Source of the DNA: Azolla caroliniana
Lineage: Eukaryota > Plantae > Polypodiophyta
DNA length: 64,000 nucleotides
Direction of reading: 5' to 3'
NCBI GenBank assembly: GCA_043228905.1
Contig: JBHGNT010000021.1
Location: 7,316,001 to 7,380,000, forward strand
The notes below the pieces were generated by a model. It searched no databases, was not told the origin of the DNA, and was given only the letters and a program-made list of their open reading frames with translations. Positions 1 to 11,889 of the stretch are shown here, piece after piece. The number at the start of each line of letters is the position of its first letter. Position 1 is the stretch's first letter. A program made the position numbers and the translations under genes.

Positions 1-1532
1 TTTAATGTCCTTGCAAATGTGAAGGACATTGATTCCAAATTTGGTGACAAGATGGTTGACTATTATGAACAATCCCGCTAATAAACATACACTGGTGATT
101 GCATTATTCGATGGTCAAGTGAAGCAAGTACCGTCAACTTTTAAGAGTACTACTTCTAGGGTGTCCATGTGTTTTGTCGTGTCATTTTATGCTTCAAGAT
201 CAGTGAAGCTATATTGGAGCATTGGCACCCATGAAGTTCCTATTGACTAAAAGGTTTGTCCTACCTACTTCACATATGACATAATATATGCCTTGTCGGT
301 TCATTGGCATGAAGTTCAAGTGGGAAACACCATAGAGTTTGTGACACAAGCAAGAGAGGATGCCAATTACTATTGGGTGTGTCAATAGAACAAAGTAGCA
401 AATTAAGGGAACCATCTTTCAAATCTCACTCTTACTCTAAAATAAACAATGAAAAATATATTAATTAAAGTGCTTTATCACTTTGTGTTAAAATTAGGAC
501 AACACCTTAAATCATCGACCAACAACACACTTTAATTGCTTATTGGAAATAACTAATTGTGATCGTTTATAAAAGTTAGAGCTCAAACACTTAAGATAAA
601 GCTTTAGAACTCAAGAAGAAGAAGAATTGCATTAAGGAAAAAATTGAGATCTCACTTCATTCGTTTGTTGTGGTTAGCAAATGTTGAAGTGGGCAATGTA
701 GTTTGATGACGTTAAAAGATGATTATGTATTTCATCAAATTATGGTTTATTTGGCAAAACTTGCAAAGTAAGCATTGTTACAAGGATGTTTGCACGTGAA
801 TACTAACATCAACCTCAGGCGAATTGGTGTTTGATGGGTGGATAACATTGCTAATTGTAAGTACAAATATGTTGTATGATCATTCTGTATCGCCACTTTC
901 GTGGCTCGCATCTAAAGCACAAATGAGTGGAATGTAGACAAATATTGTGCAAAGTGGTGGATAAATGTACAACATAGTTGGCTTTCTCAATTGTCGTTTC
1001 ACTACAAGTTGTTCATTTCGAGAGCGATAGTTTAGGGCTTTAAGCTTGGCCCTTAAGAGGAGAGGATTGACACCAAGCACATGGTTCTTTTGTATTGCTC
1101 AAATGGAAGACAAAATACATTGATACGTTCAATGCCTTATTGCACTGGAAATTTGGAAATAATTATCAGAAATAAGAAAAGTTTCATCGTCGTGTTATAT
1201 GATGCCTAAAAAATGTATCTTTAGCCAATATGTGCAGGCGAGGAGATGGAATTTATGTTCCAATTTTTTAGGTATCAAGGTTTGCAACATGATTGTAATA
1301 TGTGTAGTGCTTTCATGTTTGATGGTAGACATGGTGGTGTAAATGTATACATTAGAAAATTGAAATGCCGGCTTTATAGCAACTGGGGATGCTAGAGCAG
1401 GTGGGGATTGTTTCATCATGTGGGTATTCAATTTTTTTATAGCATTGGGGAATGTCCCTATACCTATGTAGGGAACAAGGACAATAATATTTTAATGGTG
1501 GTTTTTACACAATTAACTTAGTTGTATGGTTT

Positions 1533-1535
<3 letters not shown>

Positions 1536-1605
<70 letters not shown>

Positions 1606-1616
1606 TGAGTGAGTGA
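1536..1616. repeat. Compound microsatellite (GA)n(GT)n(GA)n(GAGT)n
   Basis: Read directly from the sequence. Confidence 0.95.
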
Positions 1617-3053
1617 GGGAATAAATCTAAGGGGACAAAGTAAAAAGGCAAAAGTGAAGAAGAAACTTAATAGAGCAAGAAAGATAAGCTTTATCGTATT
1701 TTGCATTACTAGGCCCATTCACAATGGAGTGGCCAAAATGTCTTTTCCTTTTTATCTCTGCATTTAAACTTGTCCCTTTGGTATTGACATGGTTGGAAAA
1801 TGTATGGGATATAAAACGTACACCGAGTACTTTAACAAGTCAATCACCGCAAAAAAGATCCATAAAGTCTTTATCTTGTTAGGGTGTAGTCATTCTTGGA
1901 AATAGCCTTCTGTTGTTGAAGCTTGCAAGGTTGTGTCTTGGCAACAAACATATTGCTTGGATTTGCCAATGCCTCCTTTAGTATTTTTACATCTTATACA
2001 TAGCCAAGCACGTGATTCCATGAACATGCTAGTAAATGATACCTGACATGACTAGCCCAACCTAGCTTTTTGACAACGTAAATAAACTTCTTGAGCCCAT
2101 CACATCTAGCAAATTGTCATCAATGTATCCCAAATATACCATTCTCTAACAAGGATTTTGATGAAACTTGCACTTCCAACTTGAGAAGTTGGCTCTATCA
2201 GGTTTGTTGTTATGAAGAGAGCTTCTTGTTTGCATATGCATCTTTGTGGTGTTTTCTTCTTGTTCTCTTTGTCAACTTCCTTCTTCATGGCATAGAAAGT
2301 GGTGGAGCTCTACCATAGCAAGGACAATCAAGCCAATGTGTATGAGCTAGTTCCTCAAGGATGACTTCAATGACACAACATTAAAGTAATGGTGATGTAG
2401 TAAAACAATATCGCATCTAGACCATGACTAAATAATTTTGTAATGATGTGTGGTGTATGCAATGATCGTTGGTTTGGTGGAAACAACAAGTCAAAGAGGT
2501 TCAAAAGAATTAGTTGCAAGTTTTATTTCTTTAACAATGTCTACATGGGCTATATTTATGTTTGTGCGTTCAATCAAGGAAACTTTCTTTAATAAATGTA
2601 GATAAGCAAATGAAACCCTTATGCATGTATATTTGAATTATTCCCCAAACAAAGTTTTTCGTACTTAACGATTATGAAAATTTGGCTAATTATGTGGATT
2701 TTTACAACGGGACATTCAACTTTTTGCTTGGGTGTGATATTGGGCTCTCTAGATACTATGAGCCATCCATAATAAAAATGTTTTTTGGCACAACTTCTCA
2801 TGTATATGAGTTATTTAGGTATTTTCCTTAATGTTCCATTTATGTTTGTCTTGTCTCTCATGGCATTGTTGGACGTTTTTTTTTTCCTTGAAAGATTTTC
2901 TTCAATAGTATTAAAACATCAAGAAAGTACAAGTAAAAGTTATTTGCCCGTAGGCTTACAACGTAATGTATGTACACCTAAACTTGTACATACAAAAACA
3001 ACTTATATAGGGTTGTTGAGCCTTAAACGATACATTAACATGTTGGTTTTATA

Positions 3054-3400
3054 TCAAGAAAAGGTCCATGGAAGATGATAATTCCATTGAGGTCTTTGGT
3101 TTGTGATTACAAAAAGAGGCACCTTCCTCCATAAGTGAAGAAGCTTCATCCTTCTTTTATGAATATTTTCTGGAGAACCAGACATGTTATCATACTGCCC
3201 ACGAACTATTGTCAACAATGTTTCCCATATCTCAAGCAATACCTCTGGAATGCCAAGCTTTGCGGCATCGTAAAGTCGATTGCATCTACATTTCCATAAT
3301 ACCCATAATGTTATTGTAGTCACAGTTTTCCAGATCTAGACAAATCACATCTGCTTTCGAGGTTGCTGAAACGGACTAACTAATATCAATCTTCTGTTAT
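3054..3400 (-). mobile_element. 3' fragment of an L1-type non-LTR retrotransposon ORF2 (region after zf-RVT)
   Basis: ORF 3054-3323 begins TITLWVLWKCRCNRLY, the W-x-I/L-W-x-x-R motif that follows zf-RVT in plant L1. It is homologous to the 11126-11721 fragment. Confidence 0.6.
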
Positions 3401-3944
3401 ATGCCGTCATGGCCTCTTGTATATCATCTGCCTCATACCACATCAGGCTGGAGTGTAATATTCCCCACACTGTTGCTCCCCATGAGAACAAGCACCTTCA
3501 TTGTTGGACATTTTTATACCATGTCTTTTTAATGTCTTTAATCTTATTGTAAATATTCTTTGTGGGTTTTCATCTCTTCGAGGTTTCACAACATGAACAT
3601 AGCACAACGCTAATGTATGTATGTATGAAGTTACCACAACATTTGCATACATCTCGAGTGATGTATAAGAAGATTCAAGAGTCTAATCATAATTGGATGG
3701 TTATTAGTTGGCTCTTTGCTTTGTCACGTTCAATTTTTTTTCTTCTAATTAGCTTATCCTAATGGTAAGTTGTTAAACAACATCTTGGGTTTGAAACCCA
3801 ATTTTCGTACCACTCTATTACTCCATACATATTTCGTAATTCACAAGATGCTAATTTTCTTAGTGGAATGTAGGGGTTCAACCCATGACCTCTTGATCTC
3901 CATTGAGAAACCTTACCAATTGAGCTACATCAATCTTGGCAAAG

Positions 3945-3989
<45 letters not shown>

Positions 3990-4437
3990 TTCTAGCCGTT
4001 TGTGATAACGATGACACAGTCTGTTGTCGCGTTGTCGTCTGCTACCGTGCGGTGTTGTCTGTTGTGTTTTCTGTTGTCCCGTTGTTGGCTGCGGTCGTCT
4101 ATTGCCGTCTGATGTCATCTGCGTGCTGCACGGTCTACTGTTGCGTTGTCGTCGTCCGTTGCCGTCTTCGGCCGTACTATCGTGCTGCCTTGTTCTTTTC
4201 TTGACGTTGCCTGGTGCCTCTTGGTGTACGTGCATGGTTTGCATTGTGATTGTTGTAAAGTGCGCAACCTTAGACCATTGAGGTGTGTGGGTTTCACCTC
4301 GAGTTTCTTGCCTCCGTTAGTGGGTTCTTTCGCCATGCTCGTCGTGTGCTACGAAATGTCGATGTGACTGCGAAATACACACAAACTCGGTTAAGTCTCG
4401 CACCCATTTATTTTATCTTTTTCTTATTGATACCACA

Positions 4438-5658
4438 ATGACGTCTAAATGAGCTAAGGAACATAAGGATGTATAAGACGAGGCTATAAGTAAAGAGGAC
4501 TTTTTAGACATGTGTAATCGTTCAACAAAAATAGAGATGGATATGAGAAAATGGGTGAAAGACGCCGAAACCCACAAGAAAAAAGATAAAGAGGAAAAAG
4601 ACGCCCTCAAGTAACAATTGACAACGGTTCGGTTCAGTTTCGGTTCGGTTTCAATAGTGAAAAACCGCGGTTTAAACGGTTTAATGGTTTTTAATTTATT
4701 TTTTTAAAATTTAAAAAATGTTTTAAAGCAATTTTTTCATTTTTACACCCTATTCTCACATTTTAGGAACATCTTAAAAATTCTAAAAATTCTAAATAAT
4801 GAAATATTATAAATTTTAAAAATAAAAATTAAAAAAATTAAAAAATTAAAAATTAAAAAATAAACCTATGTTGAAAACCGAAACCGCGGTTTTTACGTTT
4901 TAACGGTTTCAAAAATGTTTAACGATTCGGTTTGGTTTGGTTCAGGTTTCAAAAAATTTAAATGGTTCGGTTTGGGCCCACTCAAACCGAACCGTTGCCG
5001 ATTGTTACCCTCAAGGCTGAAATAGAGAAACTTAAAGTGGAAAACAACAACCTTAAAAAACAACTTAATGACATCGAAGTATCTTGAGAGGATGATGAAA
5101 TATTTTCCATAGAGGATATAAAAGACGAGATTAAAAAAGTTAAAGAGGAAGTTAAAAATAACATAGAGTTAGCTAAAACGGGTTGGGTCGATGTGGTTAA
5201 AAGAAACATTAGAAAATAAATAAAAGATGAAAATATTGTTAATTCCACCCTTGAAGAAGAGAAGATGCATCAAGCCCAACGCTTAAATGTACGTGTCACT
5301 GGGCTCAAGGAAGGTGCATCCCCATACGAGGATGCACAAACACTTGGGAAAATGTTAGGATACACAAATTATGGCCCTACCTATCACCAAAGCTTGGAGG
5401 GTCGGACGTGACACAAGTAGGAAGAGAGCCTTAGTCCTTCAATTGAAAGACTTAGACTCTAGAATCACTTTCTTTAAGAAGAGACCAAATCTTCGAGGAT
5501 TGGGTGGGAACCCCATCTATCTCGATGAAGACCTCACTAAGATGCAAATTGAGCATCGCAAGAGTTGTATGCCATGAGTTATGCAAGCTCGTAAAGAAGG
5601 GTATCACGCCTTTTATCAAAACGGGCGAGTGATCATAAATGATCGCACTACTCATTGA
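4438..5658 (+). pseudogene. LINE ORF1 (stops, frameshift, interrupted by a MITE)
   Basis: ATG at 4438. Removing 4612-5007 plus one TSD restores the frame ...EKDALK|AEIEKLKVENNNL. Confidence 0.7.
4612..5007. mobile_element. hAT-type MITE (396 bp) inserted in LINE ORF1
   Basis: TIRs TAACAATTGACAACGGTTCGGTT / AACCGAACCGTTGCCGATTGTTA (2 mismatches). 8-bp TSD CCCTCAAG at 4604-4611 and 5008-5015. Subterminal AACCG/CGGTT repeats and an AT-rich core. Confidence 0.9.
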
Positions 5659-5664
5659 CGGCGT

Positions 5665-8600
5665 GTGGCCCATGTGACAAAAAATACACTTAGGACGACC
5701 TTATGGAATTGTAACAATGCACTTTGGACACACCCCGACCGCCTAGAGGAGATATTAAAGGTATCATATATACTTTTCTTGGTAGAAACACACCAAAGCC
5801 CAAATAGAGGACTCCCGCGAGTCGAAGGATTTCGTTGGGAGTCCGCTTTTAGACAAACCTCACGTCGATGCTCTACCAGGGGATCTGGAGGTGTCGCAAT
5901 ATTGTTTTGGAGAGAGCTACATAGGATAGAAATATCGAGGATAGACCCAGAAGCTAGTTTTATGTGGGTGAAAATCTCCACAAGCAAGGACAAGGCAGTA
6001 TTTTTCGCCATTTGTTACTTTCCCCCGAAAGGATCTCGTTATAATCTGGCTGGCGAGGCGAGATTAGTTTATGAAGGAGTGCCACATGGGCCTTCTCCAT
6101 ATGAACCTCTATCGGATTGCATAATCCGATATTCTTCCCAAGGAGAAGTATTCCTTGTAGGAGACTTCAATGAGAGAACACAATCCCGACAATGCACAAT
6201 ATTTCAAATGAATAGAAACCTAGAAATGGTAAATGTTGATCCTTTAGACATAGGCACCACACGTAGATCAAAGGATGAAGGCTCAGACGCCATGAGCTTT
6301 GGCCATCATTTGCTCCAACTTGGTAGTTAGCACCGGATGGTCATATATAATGGTTTAGCCAAGTGGCTAGGCTCGAAAGAGCTCATATGTTTCCCACATG
6401 GAGGAGGGGAAAGCAAAGTTGATTATCTAAAAGGACACCCTGAAGCTACCCACATGATTAACTCCTTCCGGGTGGCCCCATGCCCTATTGGTGCGAATCA
6501 TAGTTTCTTATACTTCGAGCTAAAATGCGATATCTCTAACATCACCAAATCTAGTCAACCACACCATCACACCACAATACATTTCACACGTGAGCTCTCT
6601 GACATATACTCTTGACATGTTCAAGCCCATCTCTGCTTCCTTGATCCCTCCCTACCTTTAGAGAGCCTTAGTACGAAACTCACACACATCCTTCACTCCG
6701 CAATAGTTAGCAATTTCTCATATACAAAACACTCCAATCAAGGTAGATTAGGATATATACCACAAAATAGATGGTATGATGAGGATTGTAGGAACTTACA
6801 TAGACAACTTACAATATCGCAACTTAGTGTTAGTATTACCTCAGTACAAGCTCGCAAAGAAATGCGCAAGATGACACTTCATAAGAGACGAGCATGGGAG
6901 GCATCCCAATATTGGGAACTCTACTATATGCTCATGAGTAGCTATTACACCACTTCATGGAAGAGATTACGGGAACCAAGACCACAAACACCCATCGAAG
7001 ATTTCGAAACCTAGCACACATATACAGAGAGACTTTACCAAATCCCAAACCAACCACCCATTCTAGTGCCTTCTACACCCCGACCTACCGTGGGGACACT
7101 TTTCACGACCTCTAGGGTCGCGAAGGTCATAAAGAAATTACAACATAGGAAGTCCATGGACCACACAGGATTGCGAGCAGAACACATCATATATGTGAGA
7201 GAGTTCCTAGATCCCTTGCTAACTCTAATCTTCAATCGTGCCCTCGCGGAGGGTTTTCCACCACAATGGACCATGAACACAGTGGCCCCCATACATAAAA
7301 GGGGGGGACCCCATGGACCCAAATACATATAGGACCATAATGATAGGTCATACCCTTGCTAAATTATATGGTGCAGTAATGGAGGCAGAGCTTAGCGATT
7401 ATATGGAGACCCTAAATCTTCGTGCACCTGAACATGCTGGCTTTAGACGAGCCTTCTCCACCATTGATCATATCTTCACACTTAAATGCATAATTGACCA
7501 AACTAAGGCTTGAAAGAAGAAATTATATTGTTGTTTTGTGGACTTCCGCAAAGCCTTTGACACGGTTCCTAGAAAGCGTTTCTTTGATAGGCTTAAAAGC
7601 TTGAGGATACTAGATGACATGGTTTGGGCCATCTATGCTCTATATGAACAAGTGTTCGGGTGTGTTCGATGCTCAGGTGTCCTATCCAATTGTTTCACTA
7701 GTACTATTGGTGTAAAATAAGGTTGCCCCCTATCTTCGACTCTTTTTGGGATCTACATTGATGAGATCATAGATTTTATTGCTCGTAAAGGAGGCAACAG
7801 AGTAGTCCTTGGGGATACACAGGTTTGTATCTTGCTCTATGCAGACGACATTGTTTTGCTTTCTGAATCCGAACACGACCTACAAAGGCACCTTAACGCC
7901 TTAGATGACTTTTGAGCACAACGAGGATTGGTAATGAATCTAGGGAAAACTAAAGTCCTTATCTTCCACACATCGACCCAAGTTAGAGCTAAGTGTCACC
8001 TAACTATCTCCCATAGCCCAGTTGAGGTGGTTGGATCATATGTCTATCTCGGAGTCACTTTCAGTGCCCACTCAGGTAAATTTTCGATGACACAAGCAGG
8101 GAAGGATAGACTTACGAGAGGACATGCACCCCTCTCACTCCTCGAGAGACAATGCCATCAAGCATACTTTCAAGAGCCACGGACTAAAGGGTGGCTCTCT
8201 GACTCATTAGTGACTCCCTCCCTCATGTATACATCAATGGTTTGGGCTCCAAAACTACCATCTTTCATGTGGACGCAATTAGAGAGACCATTGGTGATAA
8301 TGTTATCACGCCAACTCCGAAGCAAATCGACAGTACCACATGACATTATTAGGGCTGAGTTCACTTTACCCCCGATGTTAGTAGAGACACTTTTTCAACG
8401 TGTAGTCTTTATCCAGTGGATACATAGCCAACCACAGGATAGAATATCTCATCAAGCCTTTAAGGCCTCTCAATCATTGTATGAGTCCGGCTATACTAGC
8501 TCATGTTGTGGCATGATGGTGAGTTGGCTTCTTGTGAACGGTCTAGACATTAATAACCTCCCTCCCCTTAGGTACAACCACACGATTGATAACACTTTCA

Positions 8601-9400
8601 TCTCTTATGAGGACCGCAATAAAGTAATACGCCAAGAAATATGGCAAATTTACACTCGGTATAAATGGATCACCCCACTAGAGCCACTCCCATCTAAAAT
8701 ATTGTACTATAAGGAACACTTCATACACTTCTCTAAGCTAGTTTTTATTACGCGGCCAAAATATCTAGATGTATTCTTACCACATGCACTAAGGGTTGTC
8801 ATTGGACAACTTAGAATATCATCTCACCAACTTGAGATTGAGAATGGTTGTACTAATAGAGTTCCTACAGAGGAAAGGATATGTAGGTTATGCCACATAG
8901 AGATAGAGGATGAGTACCACTTTACATGCAAGTGTCCCACCTATGCCGAGATAAGGGCAAAATACCAAGACATACTTGGTTCCTCTCCTACCCTCCCCAA
9001 ACTATTAGATACTCTAGATATAAAGAAATTAGGTAGATACATCCTAGAGCTAAAACAACACAGAGAGAATAGGCTACAAAATGCTGACAATAATGTTGCT
9101 AATGTTCCCTAACATGTAAGAAATGAAGTTTTTCAGGAACAAGGGGAGACAACGAATGTCGACTCACCTGCACCACTCGGCCTTTTCCTTGATGAAGCAG
9201 AAAACCAAAGAAGAACGAGACGCCCTCGGATGATGGGTTTCAAAGCAACTCGATGTGGTGTAGAAGCAATAAAGAAAATAAGGGAACGTGAGCTACATCG
9301 CCTAGAAGCCATGGCTGGGGCACTATATACATTGAGACCATGGGTCTCACCCACACCAAAACCCTTTGACCTCCCATTCGAGAGGCTTGGGTGGAAATGA
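5665..9400 (+). pseudogene. LINE ORF2 (endonuclease, RT, zinc finger, C-terminal extension) with multiple stops
   Basis: ORF pieces 5665-6330, 6337-6615, 7066-7332, 7313-7513, 7538-7720 and 7928-9112. The frame continues past TAA 9110-9112 to a TGA at ~9400. Confidence 0.85.
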
Positions 9401-10926
9401 AATTAGGCTTAGTGCAAAGTCACTTCCTTTTATCGAGTATACCATGTTTTGTACACTACTAGAACTCTTTTAGTTTAAGTTCTTTTTTTACTTTATTTTA
9501 TTTTAGTTTTGACGATTGGATAAATACCCATTTTGTTGTAAACCAACTGTCTCATAGGCCAATTTTGGCCTTAAGAAGACATTAATATTTCTTTCTTTCT
9601 TTCTTTCTCTCTCATAATAAGCAAGCTAATAACAATGTTATTCCTAGATCGAGTTTATATATCACAACTACACTTCATGAAATGTGAACCATGCATTAAA
9701 GGACATCCCACCATAGATGATCATATGATGGATCACGATTCTAAAGATAACATAGACATGTAGGTTGAATATCATTTATCTGCTCATCATATTTATCATT
9801 TGAGAAACATTTAGGCATGTAAACTACAAATCATCCATAAATAATTAGATAGATGACAAGAGACAATCATATTTCTTGATTAAGAGTTATATAACTGGTG
9901 CTATAGACATTTGTAGAGGATAGAGTAATGTGACACATTCAATCCTTTGGATATTATCTATACATTTTAAGTGTGTTCACTCAATCGAAGAAGTTATGAA
10001 ATATATGTTACAATATATATATCAAGAATCCAATAATTTGACTTCCATGTATAATTAAACAAACCCATGTGACATTATTATTTGTGAGCTCTAGCTATTT
10101 AGAAGAATCAATTAAGATGTATGGTTCTGTTATATGAACCCAATTGGTTATTCAAGAATTTGGACATATACAATTATTACATATTAGCAACATTCTTCTA
10201 AAGATAGGGAATATATTGTTTTTAGAGTTCTCGTTTGAGAAGTTATTAAAAACCCATTGATAACTTTCTAATTCCATTAACGTTAACTTCTGATTTCCTA
10301 TAATTGAATGCATGTCATGACCTTTCCCTTCCATTTTTATTGTCGCATAGGTACACATGGAGTTCTATTATGGTGATAGTTTCCACAATGGGCAAAATTT
10401 TCTCTCATGTCGAGCTCGAGCTCATCATCGGAGCTCATTGTGAGAGGTCAACATTGAGCTTGAGCTTCAACACGAGTGTCACCCAATTGAAGGACACTGA
10501 ATCCGGGGGGTCCAAAGATGTGGGTTTGAATCTTAACAATTGCTGAATTTTGAAAACCCCAAGTTCTTGTTTTTGTTGAGGTTTGTGAGCCAAGTTGTGA
10601 AGAATTGTGAAAGTAGTTCGATTTTTTACATAGTAGCAACTTTTGTGAGTTGCAAATTTGAGTGATGACATGAAGGGGATGCTTGCAGGTTTTGTGAGGA
10701 AACAAACATGTTCTTTTTAGGACAACCTTACCAAATGCTTTTTTCGTATTCATCCATTGCTGACTACAGCTGGCTTGTTTGCCCTATGCAAAAGAATGAC
10801 TCCATAGATTCCACAAGAAAACATGTGATTTCAACCATGAAGAGTCTTTTGGCATTGATTTCTTGTGAATAAAAACTCGTAGATATGTATATACAAATAA
10901 ATTTGGTTGTAAATCAATGAGCAGTC

Positions 10927-10929
<3 letters not shown>

Positions 10930-10976
<47 letters not shown>

Positions 10977-10978
10977 AT
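10930..10978. repeat. (AT)n plus (ATATAG)n microsatellite
   Basis: Read directly from the sequence. Confidence 0.9.
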
Positions 10979-11125
10979 AAAGGAAGATGCACCTTAGTAT
11001 ATTACTTGAAAAGTCTACATAGAAAAAACAGAAGGAACCATTTCATCTCACTTCTTATTGTAATATACAAAATCTAGTACATCTGATCAAACAAATGATT
11101 TCATATATGAACAAGTAGAACATTA

Positions 11126-11880
11126 CTATCCACTATCCAACATAAAAGAAGATATGGCATAATTCCACTTCGGACCAACAATTGTATCTGAAAATAATTG
11201 AAGTATTTGCCATTGGTTCTTAAAGGCCACTTGTTGTTGCCACAAAACGTCATCTGAACCCTTCAAATCATCATATTGACTATGTAGTGTGTGAACAAAC
11301 AACGTCCAGAATTCAATAAGCATGGTGTTGAGTTGTATGTGGACATTGTTAAAAACAAAATCACATCTCACTTTCCATATTATCAAAAGAGCCAATGACG
11401 TAATAGTACACCAAATGACCAGATTTTTAATTATGAACCGTGGAATAGAATAAGGAAACGAGGTGAGAGAGAGGTGTCCATAAGAAAAACAGAAAACATG
11501 AGAAGCATGCATACTTTCATACCTCATAACCTCTCCATGAAGGACACCCACAATACTACACCCCAAGAGAATATTGAATGAGAGTAGTGTTGTCTCAACA
11601 ATAAAAACAACTTACTCCAAAATTTCTTGATCTTGGGACATAACCAAAACACATGCAAAATCGATTCAATAGGTGCGCCACAATGCAATCCACAAGCATA
11701 TTGTTGATGTTGTCTCACCAATCACCAACAAGAAGAGTATAATGAATCAACAACCAACGAAAGCAAATGACTTTTTTCGGCAACTGCATGCTCCATAACC
11801 ATTTCCAAAATTTTGCAACTTGTAATTCCTGCACATTATTCTCAGACCAGTGCTTCATGGTAGTAGTTTTTAAAATATTA
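11126..11880 (-). mobile_element. 3' fragment of an L1-type LINE ORF2 (zf-RVT and downstream)
   Basis: CGLHCGAPIESILHVFWLCPKIKKFW (zf-RVT-like) and IIWKVRCDFVFNN in ORFs 11524-11721 and 11126-11566. Confidence 0.75.
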
Positions 11881-11889
11881 CAAGGAGAC

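Larger units (their letters stand above)
3987..9612 (+). mobile_element. Near full-length decayed LINE, RTE-X-like (ORF1 plus APE-RT-zinc finger ORF2)
   Basis: GC/GT-rich 5' region followed by a coiled-coil ORF1 (~4438-5658, with IYLDEDLT). ORF2 has endonuclease motifs (FLVETH, GSGGVAIL, LVGDFNERT), RT motifs (DFRKAFDTV, GCPLS, LLYADD near 7835-7849) and a C-terminal ICRLC..EDEYHFTCKCPTY finger. The 3' tail is (TTTC)n at ~9587-9607. The clade is inferred from domain layout. Confidence 0.85.

Noticed and set aside
3770-4367. Cys/Val-rich ORFs in several frames
   Set aside because: They arise from the microsatellite and the GT-rich LINE 5' region and show no recognisable domain.
4612-5007. CRISPR-like or other prokaryotic repeat-array interpretation of the short repeats
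   Set aside because: No constant repeat with unique spacers. The context is eukaryotic and the repeats are MITE subterminal motifs.
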